This document shows, piece after piece, positions 1 through 10,908 of a stretch of 28,588 nt of DNA (positions are counted from its first letter, which is position 1; every line of letters starts with the position of its first letter). Under the pieces are notes generated by a model. That model searched no databases. It was not told where the DNA came from and saw nothing but the letters and a program-made list of their open reading frames with translations. A program made the position numbers and the translations under genes. The stretch covers positions 62,001-90,588 of the forward strand of contig JABANN010000058.1 of assembly GCA_013115125.1 (NCBI GenBank), in the 5' to 3' direction. This stretch comes from Perkinsus olseni. Taxonomy: Eukaryota.

Positions 1-1978
1 CACGCATGCTGTCCGCAGCATCTCATCTTCGAATACGAAGGGAACAGGCACTCTGTGTAGCTCTCTGCACATCACCCGCCTCACCTGAGGAGGCCACTGT
101 CATCAGCAGCTGATGATGATCAGCTCAGCAATGGCAAGGATGCTAAGTCCAGGCAGCTAGTGCTGCTTCGATGGGGACGCCCACACCGGAAGCTGATATA
201 TCACATCCCGCTACATCGGGCGAAATAGCAACCTCAGTTACGCGAGAGGCCATGCCATGCAACCTTTGGGAATCATGCGTGAACATTGCGGGTCATCACG
301 CTGTCCCTCCCCCGACCATAGGTAGTGATGATCAGCCGTCGACTAGTAGCCGATGATTAGTAGTACCTCAGCCGCATAGAGTGTTGGGTCGTCTTCCTCT
401 GCAGGAGTAGGGCGATAGATGGGAAGGAATGTTATAGTCTCATAGTTGATGAATTGGCACAACGTTCTGTACAATACTAACAGTATATTATCGTCCAAGT
501 AGAGGTCGTTGAAGCGGCATGAATAGGATATCCCAATGGGCTGGACCTAAGGCATAGGCGTCCGTATACCAGTGAAAACAGCAGGGAACCGGCCTGTGAA
601 CCGTGGGTTCGTAAACGAACCCCTCACAGACTGGTGTGACCTAGCATCTCTCGTGAGAACGATAAGCCCCGGCACCTCACTACCGGTAGTCCTGTGTCGA
701 AGGCTCCCGTCTTGAATTCTGTCATTTGTCTGATATTATTACCTAACAATACCACACCATCCACAACTCCAAATCATCCAACAGGCCTCACATGTTGCTG
801 TGGGAAACACTATAAGAGGGGGATATCTCTCATCCAGTGCTCTCTCCTTCATGTTCCTCCTCGCAGCTTCACGACCAACCTCAGCTGAAATTGCGACAAT
901 CCCCGTCCAACTCACGATGCTCCACACTACATCGTCTATCGATGGGCAGAGCACTTAGTACTCTCAGGTAAGTTCCCACCAGCGGCAAATCGAAGACCTC
1001 CGACTTCGCTGCCTCGCAGGCACCCGTGTAGTACCTACGGATCGAATCCAAGTGGTGTTCCAGCGTCTCGTGTGAGAAGCACTCGACGGCGAGCGCACAA
1101 AATTATACACGTTAGAAATGGCAGGATAAATGAGTCACAAGCGAAATGCTCATCAGCCTCACCCAGCCAAGACCTGCTTACATGAGATAAAGAGTATCCC
1201 AGATTGAGTGATGGGTAGACACGTATACCCGCGTCCGTCGGTCGGGACTGCCTTCCACGTTGACCCAGTAGAAACCGGCAACGAACAGTATGATCCTCAC
1301 CCAGAGGAGCATAAAATGAATCTATAACGGGGAATCGACCATGAGGAACTCCCACGACGAGCTAGAGAAGAAACCACTTGCATTGCAGGTGCATTTGGAC
1401 AGTCATAGACAGAGCCTCACGTACGGCGTTCAAAGTTCAAATTCGAGGAGCCTTGAGACTACCAAATGTTTGTTACCAGTGAATTCTGCCCAGACCCAAC
1501 CCCACTACCAATGCCTTCCGCCACCATGCAGTTATCGGCGGCTGGAGGTCTCGTACATCATCCGGCCTTGATACGCCCAGAAGGGCCAACTTAGCAGGGA
1601 TCATACCGAGCACACCGAGGGCCAGGATGATGATCAGCCGCAGAGGGGCTACACCAGTCAAGGTGAACACAATAATCTTCAAATTCTCGTACCTGCCGAA
1701 TTGGTACCGTATGCTGCTCGCGTGTAAGACAAATTAGAATGCACGGGCAAGACATTGATAGTAGGCATTCAAAATCCCGAGGCGAATGTAAACCCTTGGT
1801 CGCCGGCGTCATACTACCTTCCGATGTGTGTGAGTGTCTCGAAAGGGTTGTGGTATCTAGGGTGACTGGACAGCCTGAAAAATCCCTCCTGCTTAGAGGC
1901 TCTCGCCAAAGGCGAATCCTCTTGAGTATCATCGCCATTCAGGAGATGCTCGGTTAGGTCAGAGGATGCCAAAGGCAT
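1..1978 (-). CDS. Lysophospholipid acyltransferase, LPCAT/LPEAT-like (PlsC domain); multi-exon, 3' end beyond the window
   Basis: Manual splicing from ATG 1978: ...HNPFETLTHIGR|YENLKIIVFTLTGVAPLRL..., RIILFVAGFYWVNVEG...VSTHHSIWD (HxxxxD, 1196-1213), AKSEVFDLPLVG...PIDR, LIVFPTATC|NN...FKTGAF...PVQPI, ...DPTLYAAE|VRRVMCREL...FED. This follows LPCAT motif order, with GT-AG introns. Confidence 0.88.
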
Positions 1979-2100
1979 TGCAAAAACTGCGCAAATCACA
2001 GGTACCATCAAAAGCCCGAACCCAAACCAATGGAGCTGTGCAAGATCGTTAATAATACTACTACTGTATAACAACGCTACGAGTCCAGAGTGGTCGATTG

Positions 2101-3831
2101 CTAGCTAATCATCTCCAACTTAGTGCAGTCTTGCAGCCATAATGCTATCCCCTCATGCTTAGCTTTGCGAGGTAAGGCCCAGCCCGGAAGCGGCTGAGGG
2201 AGGGTCTCCAGTATCTTCTCGCAGACTCTGGGATATCCCATGTATGCTGCGACCTCCAAGGCGTTCGCCTTCTGTTTCCAATTGCAATACTCTCCCAATA
2301 ACTCCACTACTCCAACGTGCCCCCTCCACGCAGCCACGCTCAAGGGAGCGGCACCGAGCCCTCCGTCAGTCAGCGGTATTCTCTCCGCTGCTTTGTCTGG
2401 CCATAGGGAAAGTAAGACGCGTGCGCAGCCCACTCGGCCTGCGTATGCAGCGAAGAGCAAAGACTGATGCCACCATTCAGAACGGTCCTTCAGCTCCTTT
2501 ATATCGGCCGAGAACAGCAGACGTTGGAGGCAGGTCTCTGAGCCGCCCAGAGTTGCAGCCACCAACGCCGTCTCAGTGACTACACAGCCATTATTAAGCA
2601 GCATATCTATCGCCGTATGATGAGCATTCAACGCTGCCCTCTCCAAGGCATCCACGTACGTATCCGGTATCACCTTCAACCTTATCTTGGGCAGGGAAAT
2701 TGAAATGGTGGCATAATCGCGCAGTAAATAGTACAGGCATCTGGTAGCTCCACATTGGGCTGATTGAACCAGCAGCGTCGACTCAATGTCGTCTCTCGTC
2801 AGGATACTCTTCCGAGCGTTCTCGACGGCCCTTACGATGGCACTGGGGGCGTCCTGTGCCACGGCCACCTCGAGAGCCTGCGTCCTAGCCCGATCCGGGA
2901 TTCGAACCGACGACCACAGGGTTTCAAGCACGGCTGGCTCGGCGACATGAGCTCCTAGGACGGCAACCCACTGACTCACACTCAAGTCCAGCGAAGAGGA
3001 ATTGTCCAACAAAATTGCCGCTGTCGTGCTGTCAGCAGCAGCCTCAAGAGCCGCTGGAGTTACCCGGGCGCCGTGCTCCCGCAAAAGACAGGTGACGAGG
3101 CGAGTGTTGGAGGGATCATGGCAGGCCGCGACCAAAGCGGCATCCAGTATATCATTCGGAGACTCAGAGAGAGCGTCCAACAGGAGTGCCAACACACCAT
3201 CATCTTGCAATCTTACAGATTCCTCAACGCTCCACCTGTCGGGCTCTATCCCATTGTCCAGCATCAGCTTGACTACATCCTGGCGTCTGCTCGCTACAGC
3301 TATCTCCATCGCCGAGACCTGCGTTCGGCCAGGCTCGAGTTCCTCCGAACCGTGCTGGTGCCCCGGTCGGAGTCGCCTCAGGACTGCCTCCACACAGTGT
3401 ACGCACCCTCCCGCCGCTGCAGACATCAGCGGCGTGGCTCCGAACAAGCCGGCAACCTCGACTAAGCCGGGACGCTTCTCGAGGAACAAATCAACGCAAT
3501 CGCATTTGCTCCGCCCCAGCGCCTCCAGGAGCGGCGTGGTGACGCCCAGCCGAGAGCCCACCGGCATACCGTATTCCAACGACTTCTCTACTACATCAGC
3601 TCGGCCATACTTAGCGGCCAGAATGACGGGGGTGAGACCCGAAGCATCCTCGTATGCCGCCATAGCCTTTGAATTCAGCTGAAGCAACTCTTCACTCTCC
3701 TCCACACTACCGTATCGTATCGTGCCATATACAGTAGAAGGGATCCTCGCTTCGGAATCCTGCTGGAGTACAGCGGCGCGAGAATCGGGAATGTGACGAT
3801 GGGCTACTGGCTGCGATGGAATATGGCCCAT
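2101..3831 (-). CDS. Ankyrin-repeat protein (intronless, ~576 aa)
   Basis: Repeated ankyrin consensus: GLTPVILAAKYGRADVV, TTPLLEALGRSKCDCVDLFL, GATPLMSAAAGGCVHCV, APLSVAAWRGHVGVVELL. The track ORF starts at TTG 3930; the first in-frame ATG is 3831 (MGHIPS). Confidence 0.88.
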   Translation of the reverse strand: MGHIPSQPVAHRHIPDSRAAVLQQDSEARIPSTVYGTIRYGSVEESEELLQLNSKAMAAYEDASGLTPVILAAKYGRADVVEKSLEYGMPVGSRLGVTTPLLEALGRSKCDCVDLFLEKRPGLVEVAGLFGATPLMSAAAGGCVHCVEAVLRRLRPGHQHGSEELEPGRTQVSAMEIAVASRRQDVVKLMLDNGIEPDRWSVEESVRLQDDGVLALLLDALSESPNDILDAALVAACHDPSNTRLVTCLLREHGARVTPAALEAAADSTTAAILLDNSSSLDLSVSQWVAVLGAHVAEPAVLETLWSSVRIPDRARTQALEVAVAQDAPSAIVRAVENARKSILTRDDIESTLLVQSAQCGATRCLYYLLRDYATISISLPKIRLKVIPDTYVDALERAALNAHHTAIDMLLNNGCVVTETALVAATLGGSETCLQRLLFSADIKELKDRSEWWHQSLLFAAYAGRVGCARVLLSLWPDKAAERIPLTDGGLGAAPLSVAAWRGHVGVVELLGEYCNWKQKANALEVAAYMGYPRVCEKILETLPQPLPGWALPRKAKHEGIALWLQDCTKLEMIS

Positions 3832-4217
3832 GTAGTTGACTAGACCCAATGAGACATGAGAAAACAAGAAAACTTCACTGCAACGAGCATACAGCGTACC
3901 AATGGGTGGGTGGGGGGGAATTCCATGCAAACTCGCCTGGCCGGAGATGCTCGAATGGACCAGCCCTTTTTTGAGAGGGAAAGTCCTTTGAGCCGCGGTC
4001 CTTTGAGAGTAGCAGGCACTTAGGTGTGCTCACTAAGCGTTGACAGTGTCCTTCACTCCATTTTAACATATCTGTACACCTCCCAATGATACTTCTCATG
4101 CTTTTGCTTCGCATTCGATAGTTCTTCACGCCCATCAGCAGTTGACCCGCGGCCGAGCCCCCATTTATCCAACACCTTCCCGCAGACCGAATGATAAAGA
4201 AAGAATCATCCTGTTGG

Positions 4218-5542
4218 CTATGCATCCGACGGGGTGAGTAAATTCTCGGAGACACTCACAGGACGCAAGGAAATCACAATGTCGCCCTGCCCCATTGAAG
4301 GAGACGGCCACTCCTTCGGCCGGTAACATGTCCAGGAGGGGTCGCACGCGGACAGCTCTCCAACGCAGATGCAGCCCACGAACTCCGTACCATCACAGCG
4401 TTTAAGGGTAAATGACTTCAACCGAAATCCGGATCGTTGGGAGGCCCACTGAGAACGAATCGAATCCGCCAAGCGGCAGGAAGACCTCATCCGGATCACC
4501 TTGCCATCCTCTAATCGTGAGATGTCTCCACTTTGATCCACTTCCAACTCCGTCATAGGGAGGGCAAAACCCAAGCCCACGCACTTTTGATAGGACTCTT
4601 TCGCCGTCCATATCCGATAGAATCTACCACTATACACTATTCGAGCTCATTCCTCTCGAGCGGAAAGAAAAAGACCGCAGCTACATCGCTATTGTCATCG
4701 AAGACCTGGAACGGCGAGAGAGATCCGGCCGATACAGCAAGCTACCATCGCCCCTGGTCATCCTTCGAGGCCCATCCGTCACGACCCACTTGGTTACTAC
4801 TCTCTCAGTCTATCCTCGTCCGCTGTGTGACTGTCGATAAAGCCATACTCGTCTTCGCTGAGAACATCTCCTCGCATCTCGTCAATGAACTGCCTTGCAG
4901 AGGTGTATATCCGAGGCAGAGCAAGGCACTGGATGTCCACACCCACGCCGTACAAGGGATGGACCTGCAGGGAAATGGGGTACTGCAGGAGGGTCGAGCG
5001 AGGGGAATACCGCCATAGCAACCATGCCATTGTCGTGCGAGATGCTGAAGGAAGGGTAGGCTTCCCAGACGCACTTTGACGGGTCTAAAGGCTTGGTATA
5101 AGGGGGTCCATACACGGGTTTGAACCTGCGCGCAAAACCAAGCCATCGATTAGCAGTCTAATGTTTAGACGCCTGCCCAGGTGAGCATACATTCCCTGCT
5201 GCCGTCTCTCCCGGTTCATGACGCTGACTTCTCTGAAGGGAACAGCCGTGGCCTTGTTCACCAAGTAGCGCGGCAACAGACGGCTGACCAGACACATCCG
5301 CTTGTCCTCTTCCTGTAAATATTGGTCTACCTGAGAACGGGCCGTGTAGCCCAGCAAACTGCCGCTTGACGAAGAGCACCAATGGTTGCGGCATGGGTGG
5401 GAACGGGTCCTACCTTGCGATTCTCCACTTCGGTGTCCGGCAGTTTCGCCCTACGGAGGTCTGTGATGCTGGGATCGCTCACATTTTGCGTCCAGTCATG
5501 AACGTCAACGTAGTGAACATCCGATCGTAGACTTGCCATCAT
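4218..5542 (-). CDS. AASDHPPT: Sfp/AASDHPPT-type 4'-phosphopantetheinyl transferase, multi-exon
   Basis: Spliced: MMASLRSDVHYVDVHDW...ENRK|VDQYLQEEDKRMCLVSRLLPRYL...GM|FKPVY...FSISHDNGMVAMA|VHPLYGVGVDI...FYRIWTAKESYQKCVGLG. It has the PPTase motifs SxSH, GVD and WxxKExxxK. The 3' exon structure is less certain. Confidence 0.85.
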
Positions 5543-6221
5543 CTGAAAGGCTCAAAACTTGGACTCTTGCCCCAACTCGAGGTTCCTCAACTCTGCTCGC
5601 AAAACGAGAAACACCTTCCCTACTTATCGAGGTTACAATACCGTACGTCATCCTGCTTCCGGTTTCCGTTATAACTCTGCCCAGAGTAGAGTTTAACGGG
5701 ATCCTCTTAGATCTCCTCGGCGTGTCTCTTCGGAACATAGCAATTCAAGCCCTTCTGCGGCGTCAGCGCTCTCAGAGTTGAGAATCATTCTGAGAAAATC
5801 GGTGTACAAACTAGAATCTCTTTCTGGAGGAAGTTCTGTACTCACAAACACAGTGCAGAGCTGTTTACAGCTCCGGCGGCAACAATGTGATCGCTAATAT
5901 CGATTGACTCTATTGGTAAAATCTTCCCTCCACGCCATTCGTTGAAATCGGATTCCGAGGTATCATACGGTCACACAGCAGGTCCCTACCCACCCAGGTT
6001 TCGAACCTCCTCCTCCTCGTGAACTCTCCTGGCAGGTTATCATCACAAAGTTTTATCGAAACTGTTGAACGCAACCTTAGCATTGTGCTGAATAAACATA
6101 AAGTAACTGACTGTAATTCAGCCACTAGAAATAGGGTTAATTTCTAACCCCGAGACTGGAGTCCCGTACTTTGAAAATACAATCTATGTACGATACTACA
6201 AACGTATGCATACAACAACAT

Positions 6222-7136
6222 TTAATGGGCAGTAGTCTTAGCCTCAGTGATAGCAATGAAGTTGCTGACCACACGAATGGAATACTCGTTGAACTTAGCG
6301 AGTTGCCTTTTAGTGGAAGTAATCTGATCACCCTCCAATCTGTTAACCAAGGTCACACATACGCAAGCAGCGGGGATCTTGGCACGCTGGCAGAAGCCCA
6401 TGAGGGCGACACTCTCCATCTCGATGTTGCGAACACCAGCATCATGCATCTTGTGGATGAAGTTGATCTTATCTTCCTCAGTATACCAAGGAGTGAGAGC
6501 ACCATCAGTACGACCCTGACCCTCGAAGAAATCATCAGCAGCCATGGTCTTGCCCTTTACAACAGGAATATCCTCAGGGGCGCTGGCGATGATATCATCA
6601 ACGAATTGCATATCAAGAACATCAGTAGGGATCTCGAATACCTTACCGAGCTGCACAGTTCTCCAGCAGGGCTTGATCTCATCATTGATGGCCTGAGTGG
6701 TGCATACCACGGTTCCGGGAGCAACACCACAGCCACCAGAGGTACCAAGACGGATCCACTTGACAGTGTCGATGATACCAACGTGATTGCAGAGCTTGGC
6801 AACCTCGTTCATGAGAATATGAAGAGACGGGCCACCCATACCGTGGGACACGGAGATCACGGAACCACACTTGAACATGCTGTAACGCTCGGTCTTACCA
6901 AGACGCATAACAGTAGGCTTGGGGAGGCCCTGCTCCACGAAGGCGTTAGCCATCACCTCAGCAAAGGTCTCAGCACGGGTAGGAGAGCCCATCATGACGA
7001 AGTACTTGACATCACCGAAGAGGGCCTGAAGGTCCATATCGGTATCGAGACCAAGATGATAGTAATGATCACAAGCCAAGGCCTGGGCGTAAGGGGAGAT
7101 GTTGTGCCTGGAAGCAGGAGTAGAGGTGGTCGACAT
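6222..7136 (-). CDS. UPP1: Uridine phosphorylase, eukaryotic UPP1/2 type, copy A (304 aa, intronless)
   Basis: YYHLGL..., FGDVKYFVMMGSPTR, RYSMFKCGSVISVSHGMGGPS, IRLGTSGG, DFFEGQGRTDGA and GVRNIEMES match the conserved UPP1 motif series. ATG at 7136. Confidence 0.93.
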   Translation of the reverse strand: MSTTSTPASRHNISPYAQALACDHYYHLGLDTDMDLQALFGDVKYFVMMGSPTRAETFAEVMANAFVEQGLPKPTVMRLGKTERYSMFKCGSVISVSHGMGGPSLHILMNEVAKLCNHVGIIDTVKWIRLGTSGGCGVAPGTVVCTTQAINDEIKPCWRTVQLGKVFEIPTDVLDMQFVDDIIASAPEDIPVVKGKTMAADDFFEGQGRTDGALTPWYTEEDKINFIHKMHDAGVRNIEMESVALMGFCQRAKIPAACVCVTLVNRLEGDQITSTKRQLAKFNEYSIRVVSNFIAITEAKTTAH

Positions 7137-8153
7137 CTTCACGAGAGTTATTATAAATGCTTGAGGGTGAGATTGATGTTCTGAAGCGTCCGGGGTGCGA
7201 AGCTAGCAACTTAGCGCAGCTTTGTCTATCTTCTGTGCAACAGCGCGGTGCTGTATTATCAGGTTCGCCGCGCGCGACTCTTGAATATACATACATTATT
7301 CGTGTTTGAATAGTTCAGTTGGGTAATCCGTCAAGTGCTTAACCGTAAGAGCCGATTTCAAGCCCGACAACGTGCAAGATATCATGTATTGTCTCACCCG
7401 GTATTGTGTACAGTATGTTCGAAGCCATCCAGACGCCTGTATGAACGGTACCAAAGCGGTAGAGGCCCGGGACGTACAGGAGTTCACCGAGAGTTTTCAC
7501 GGCATTCCACTGGAAAATCTCAGAGGCTCCAGCGGACCAACTATAATTATTAGATTAGATGTGTGGGTAGATCGTTGCGGATAACAGTACTGTACCGCTT
7601 TCTGCGTGTCCGGAGGGTTTATGCTTGATGGTCCCGGAAGTGATGATTGTGGGCTGTATATAGTATCGTCGAAGAGTAAAGTGACTGATGGAGAAAACGG
7701 CCGGAAGGGTGACGCTGTTGGTGCCGCCATTTCATCATCATAACTTTGATGCCTAGAGATTGTAAACGGAGACAAAGGTGTGTTCTAATCGACCAGAACA
7801 TACGACTACTCTTCCGTGAATTCTCAAGCCTCTACGGAGAGATAATGAAAGAAGTGTCTCTCTGGTCAACTTTATGCAGTACGAGACTTCCCAGTGATTC
7901 TCGAATGTTCACGCAACGCTACTTGCAGGTGCAAACGACCGGGCCATCCCAGCATCAACGTGAAGTAGCACACCCTAGCTAATGGATGGAAACGCTCTGC
8001 TTGGACTTTACTAAAGCATTGATTAACTGCTTGATCCCCATGATTGAATTACGAAACACAGAACCATCGAATTCGCGAACAAGAAAAATCTAAACAGAAA
8101 CTATCATTTCGTGGAATCATCTATCTCACGCAAGAAAATCTATATAACAGCGT

Positions 8154-8772
8154 TTAATGGGCAGTAGTCTTAGCCTCAGTGGTAGCAATGAAATTGCTGA
8201 CCACACGAATGGAATACTCGTTGAACTTAGCGAGTTGCCTCTTAGTGGAAGTAATCTGATCACCCTCCAACCTGTTAACCAAGGTCACACATACGCAAGC
8301 AGCGGGGATCTTGGCACGCTGACAGAAGCCCATGAGGGCGACACTCTCCATCTCGATGTTGCGAACACCAGCATCATGCATCTTGTGGATGAAGTTGATC
8401 TTATCTTCCTCAGTATACCAAGGAGTGAGAGCACCATCAGTACGACCCTGACCCTCGANNNNNNNNNNNNNNNNNNNNNNNNNNNNNNNNNNNNNNNNNN
8501 NNNNNNNNNNNNNNNNNNNNNNNNNNNNNNNNNNNNNNNNNNNNNNNNNNNNNNNNNNGGAGGCCCTGCTCCACGAAGGCGTTAGCCATCACCTCAGCAA
8601 AGGTCTCAGCACGGGTAGGAGAGCCCATCATAACGAAGTACTTGACATCACCGAAGAGGGCCTGAAGGTCCATGTCGGTATCGAGACCAAGATGATAGTA
8701 ATGATCACAAGCCAAGGCCTGGGCGTAAGGGGAGATGTTGTGCTTGGAAGCAGGAGTAGAGGTGGTCGACAT
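8154..8772 (-). CDS. UPP1: Uridine phosphorylase copy B, interrupted by an assembly gap
   Basis: Both sequenced parts align without indels to copy A; I count 8 substitutions in 519 nt. It has its own ATG (8772) and stop (8154). Confidence 0.88.
8459..8558. other. Assembly gap (100 N placeholder)
   Basis: Run of 100 N. The equivalent interval in copy A is 6527-6922 (396 nt). Confidence 0.98.
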
Positions 8773-9380
8773 GACGCCAAAAAGTATCCAGAAAGTAACT
8801 AACGCTTTCGGGTTAGTGTATATAATAGGGGATGCGGTGAATACAGGGACTCACAGCCTAGCCCTACAGCTGAGCGCACTTTCTGGCTCTGTCTACCTAT
8901 TTGTGTCGCGCAAATTCAACCATCTGCAACTTTTCGCTTGATCGAGGCCTCCACTTCCGCTCAGGTCACTAGGCTCTCGAAACTCTTGAGCCTCGTCTAA
9001 ACTTATTACGGGGAGAAACCCCGTCCGGGAATGTTTCACCATCGCACCGTGAAACGGTTTGACTAACGACTATCAAGTCATCGACATGAGGACCAAAAGC
9101 TGTGTACATATTGCTTAAGCATGGTGGAACTCTTCTGTGCGCGATTCGTTCCTAGGACCCTCCACTTCTAGGTTATGTAACTCGCACGACCATACTTATT
9201 GACGAGCGCAACCGATACGCCGCTCAAATGTCAGTGAAAAATCAAAAAATTGTAAAATCAATACCGAATCAGCGACTACTGTTGAGTTGACATGATGAAC
9301 AGTTCAAGATAAAGAGTTACGGCCAGTACAATCCATAATCCCTGACACGCCGAAAGATCAACTCTTGCTACTCATGATGG

Positions 9381-10352
9381 TCAGCCTCTGGATTTTTTCA
9401 GTTCACCCGCTATGAAGTTGCTCACGACGTCGATAGAGTGCTCGTTGAAACGTGAGAGTTCACGTTTAGTTGAAGTAATCTGATCCCCTTTCAGACGATC
9501 AACGATGGTCACGCAGACGCAAGCCGCCGTGATATTAGCTCGGTTACAGAAGCCCATCATAGCAACGCTCTCCATCTCAATGTTGCGGACACCAGCGTCA
9601 TACAATCGCTTCATGAATGCCATTTTGTCTTCCTCGTTGTACCAAGTCTCGAGTGCGCCATCAAGACGACCCTGCCCTTCGTAGAAGTCATCAGCGGCCA
9701 TGGTCTTGCCCTTGACGGCGCTAATGCCTTCGGGTACGGACTCCAAGATGGCATCAATGAAGCTCATGTCCACACAGTCGGTGGGGACCTTAACAACTTT
9801 GCCGAGCTGCACACATCTCCAGAAAGGTTCCACCTCCTCGTTCATAGCTTGAGTAGTTACGACCACGGTCCCCGGGGGCACACCACATCCACCTGAGGTA
9901 CCCATACGAATCCACTTAACCGAGTCTATGATACCAGCACGATCACAGAGCTTGGCAATTTCGTTCACCAGGATGTGCAACGAAGGACCACCCATACCAT
10001 GGGAGACTGCGACAACGGGCCCCACCTTGTACATGCTGTAGCGCTCAGTCTTACCCAGTCGGGCAACGGCAGGCTTGGGCATACCCTTCGAGACAATTGC
10101 GTTGGCCATCGCCTCGGCGAAGAACTCGGCTCGCGCAGCAGAGCCCATGAGCACCACGAACTTGACATCTCCAAAGATACCTCGAAGATCCATATCGGTA
10201 TCCAGACCAAGATGATAGTAGTAGTCCGTGTGAAGATGCCTAGGGAAGGCGGCCATTCTCTCAGATGTAGGTGACTCGAAAGACCTTGGAGAGAATTCGG
10301 CTGCGGCTACAGGGTTGATCGAAGGCTTGTGTGTTGGTGACATCGAAACCAT
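9381..10352 (-). CDS. UPP1: Uridine phosphorylase copy C, diverged paralogue (323 aa, intronless)
   Basis: FGDVKFVVLMGS, RYSMYKVGPVVAVSHGMGGPS, IRMGTSGG, DFYEGQGRLDGA, GVRNIEMES; carries a Ser/Pro-rich N-terminal extension. Confidence 0.93.
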   Translation of the reverse strand: MVSMSPTHKPSINPVAAAEFSPRSFESPTSERMAAFPRHLHTDYYYHLGLDTDMDLRGIFGDVKFVVLMGSAARAEFFAEAMANAIVSKGMPKPAVARLGKTERYSMYKVGPVVAVSHGMGGPSLHILVNEIAKLCDRAGIIDSVKWIRMGTSGGCGVPPGTVVVTTQAMNEEVEPFWRCVQLGKVVKVPTDCVDMSFIDAILESVPEGISAVKGKTMAADDFYEGQGRLDGALETWYNEEDKMAFMKRLYDAGVRNIEMESVAMMGFCNRANITAACVCVTIVDRLKGDQITSTKRELSRFNEHSIDVVSNFIAGELKKSRG

Positions 10353-10908
10353 GGTCAGAAAACGAAGCTACAGCGAGGCCAGCAAAACTCCCACGGGTCG
10401 ATCACGTGCGGAGTGAGCGACGAGCTCGAGGAAATTGAAGGAATTTCCAAGCCGTCGACGGGGTTCGGAAATGAGTCCCGTGACGGGGCTGTCGTCGGCG
10501 ACGAAAATGCTGAACAAAAGTGAAACTGGCTATTAAACCGAAAAAGGGGAAAGCGAGGTAGAGATCCACACAGCTACCTCAACGCTATGCCCTGCATGTT
10601 CCAGTAGGCCGAGACCAGCCTGAATAAGGCTGCCACTCTCCGCTGAGTTTCGAACGACGCAAAGCAAGCGTAGTAGCACGCATGCACATAGCTATCGGAG
10701 CCAAAGCGAGCCATTGCACTTGGCGAACTCTGCCCGTACAATCCTTTGCAATCCGCCTAGAGGCGAGATAACTCCTCTCGTCGCAGCACCCATCACAAGG
10801 AGGAGTATGGTGGTACACGCGGAAGTACACAGTCCGTGACGGGATTCTGCGCCTCAACCCAATGACTACACATCACACGTGCGGAGACAAGAGGAGATAC
10901 ACATGACA

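Noticed and set aside
111..196. ATGATGA...CTGA box C/D-like pair in an intron
   Set aside because: On the strand opposite the host gene, with no clear terminal stem or guide.
2897..2908. GGTTCGAATCCC (tRNA T-loop/B-box-like) on the minus strand
   Set aside because: Lies within the ankyrin CDS; no T-stem or cloverleaf forms.
3002..3682. 226-aa plus-strand ORF
   Set aside because: Ser/Ala-rich antisense shadow of the ankyrin gene.
6171..7184. 337-aa plus-strand ORF
   Set aside because: It is the antisense shadow of uridine phosphorylase A, starts with TTG and has no recognisable motifs; codon bias explains it.
7137..8153. Short ORFs in the 1-kb spacer between UP copies
   Set aside because: No motifs or consistent splice model; likely UTR or intergenic sequence.
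8154..8772. Copy B as a frameshifted pseudogene
   Set aside because: The frame break comes from the arbitrary 100-N gap; the sequenced parts are intact.
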